Assembly (NCBI RefSeq): GCF_001194135.2
Contig: NC_068990.1
Span: 25,471,209 to 25,535,208, forward strand
Reading direction: 5' to 3'
From: Octopus bimaculoides
Lineage: Eukaryota
DNA length: 64,000 nucleotides
Shown here one piece after another: positions 63,946 through 64,000 of the stretch (positions are counted from its first letter, which is position 1; each line of letters opens with the position of its first letter). Below the pieces are notes generated by a model, which had not been told where the DNA came from, did no database searches, and worked only from the letters and a program-made list of their open reading frames with translations. A program made the position numbers and the translations under genes.

Positions 63946-64000
<55 letters not shown>
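63946..64000. repeat. (AC)n microsatellite running off the window
   Basis: Directly visible. Confidence 0.95.

Overview
AT-rich, repeat-saturated eukaryotic DNA with seven N-gaps. The SINE repertoire and extreme microsatellite density resemble Octopus (cephalopod) genomes; this is pattern recognition, not a database match. I cannot support any intact protein-coding gene: almost all ORFs in the track are microsatellite translations or decayed transposon frames. The window is probably intronic or intergenic, with a few unproven small exon candidates. It holds many tRNA-derived SINEs (at least 3 families) and 3' fragments of an RTE-clade LINE whose 3' UTR carries a ~62-bp minisatellite. It also holds decayed Tc1/mariner transposases (three subtypes), piggyBac-like (TTAA) and hAT (8-bp TSD) MITEs that are often nested, CR1/L2-like LINE relics and several Penelope-like element (PLE) fragments. 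The most notable signal is five type I hammerhead-ribozyme motifs from three unrelated repeat families: (i) a tRNA-Ser-headed SINE-like unit with a hammerhead tail, inserted as an inverted composite with a 12-bp TSD (13519-13942); (ii) two copies of a PLE 3' repeat sharing a non-canonical CUGUUGA core (27851, 50188); (iii) one apparently intact hammerhead at a PLE 3' end (43493-43540). No rRNA, intact tRNA or CRISPR array was seen. TSD, TIR and ribozyme coordinates were counted by hand; boundaries of decayed repeats are approximate (tens of bp).
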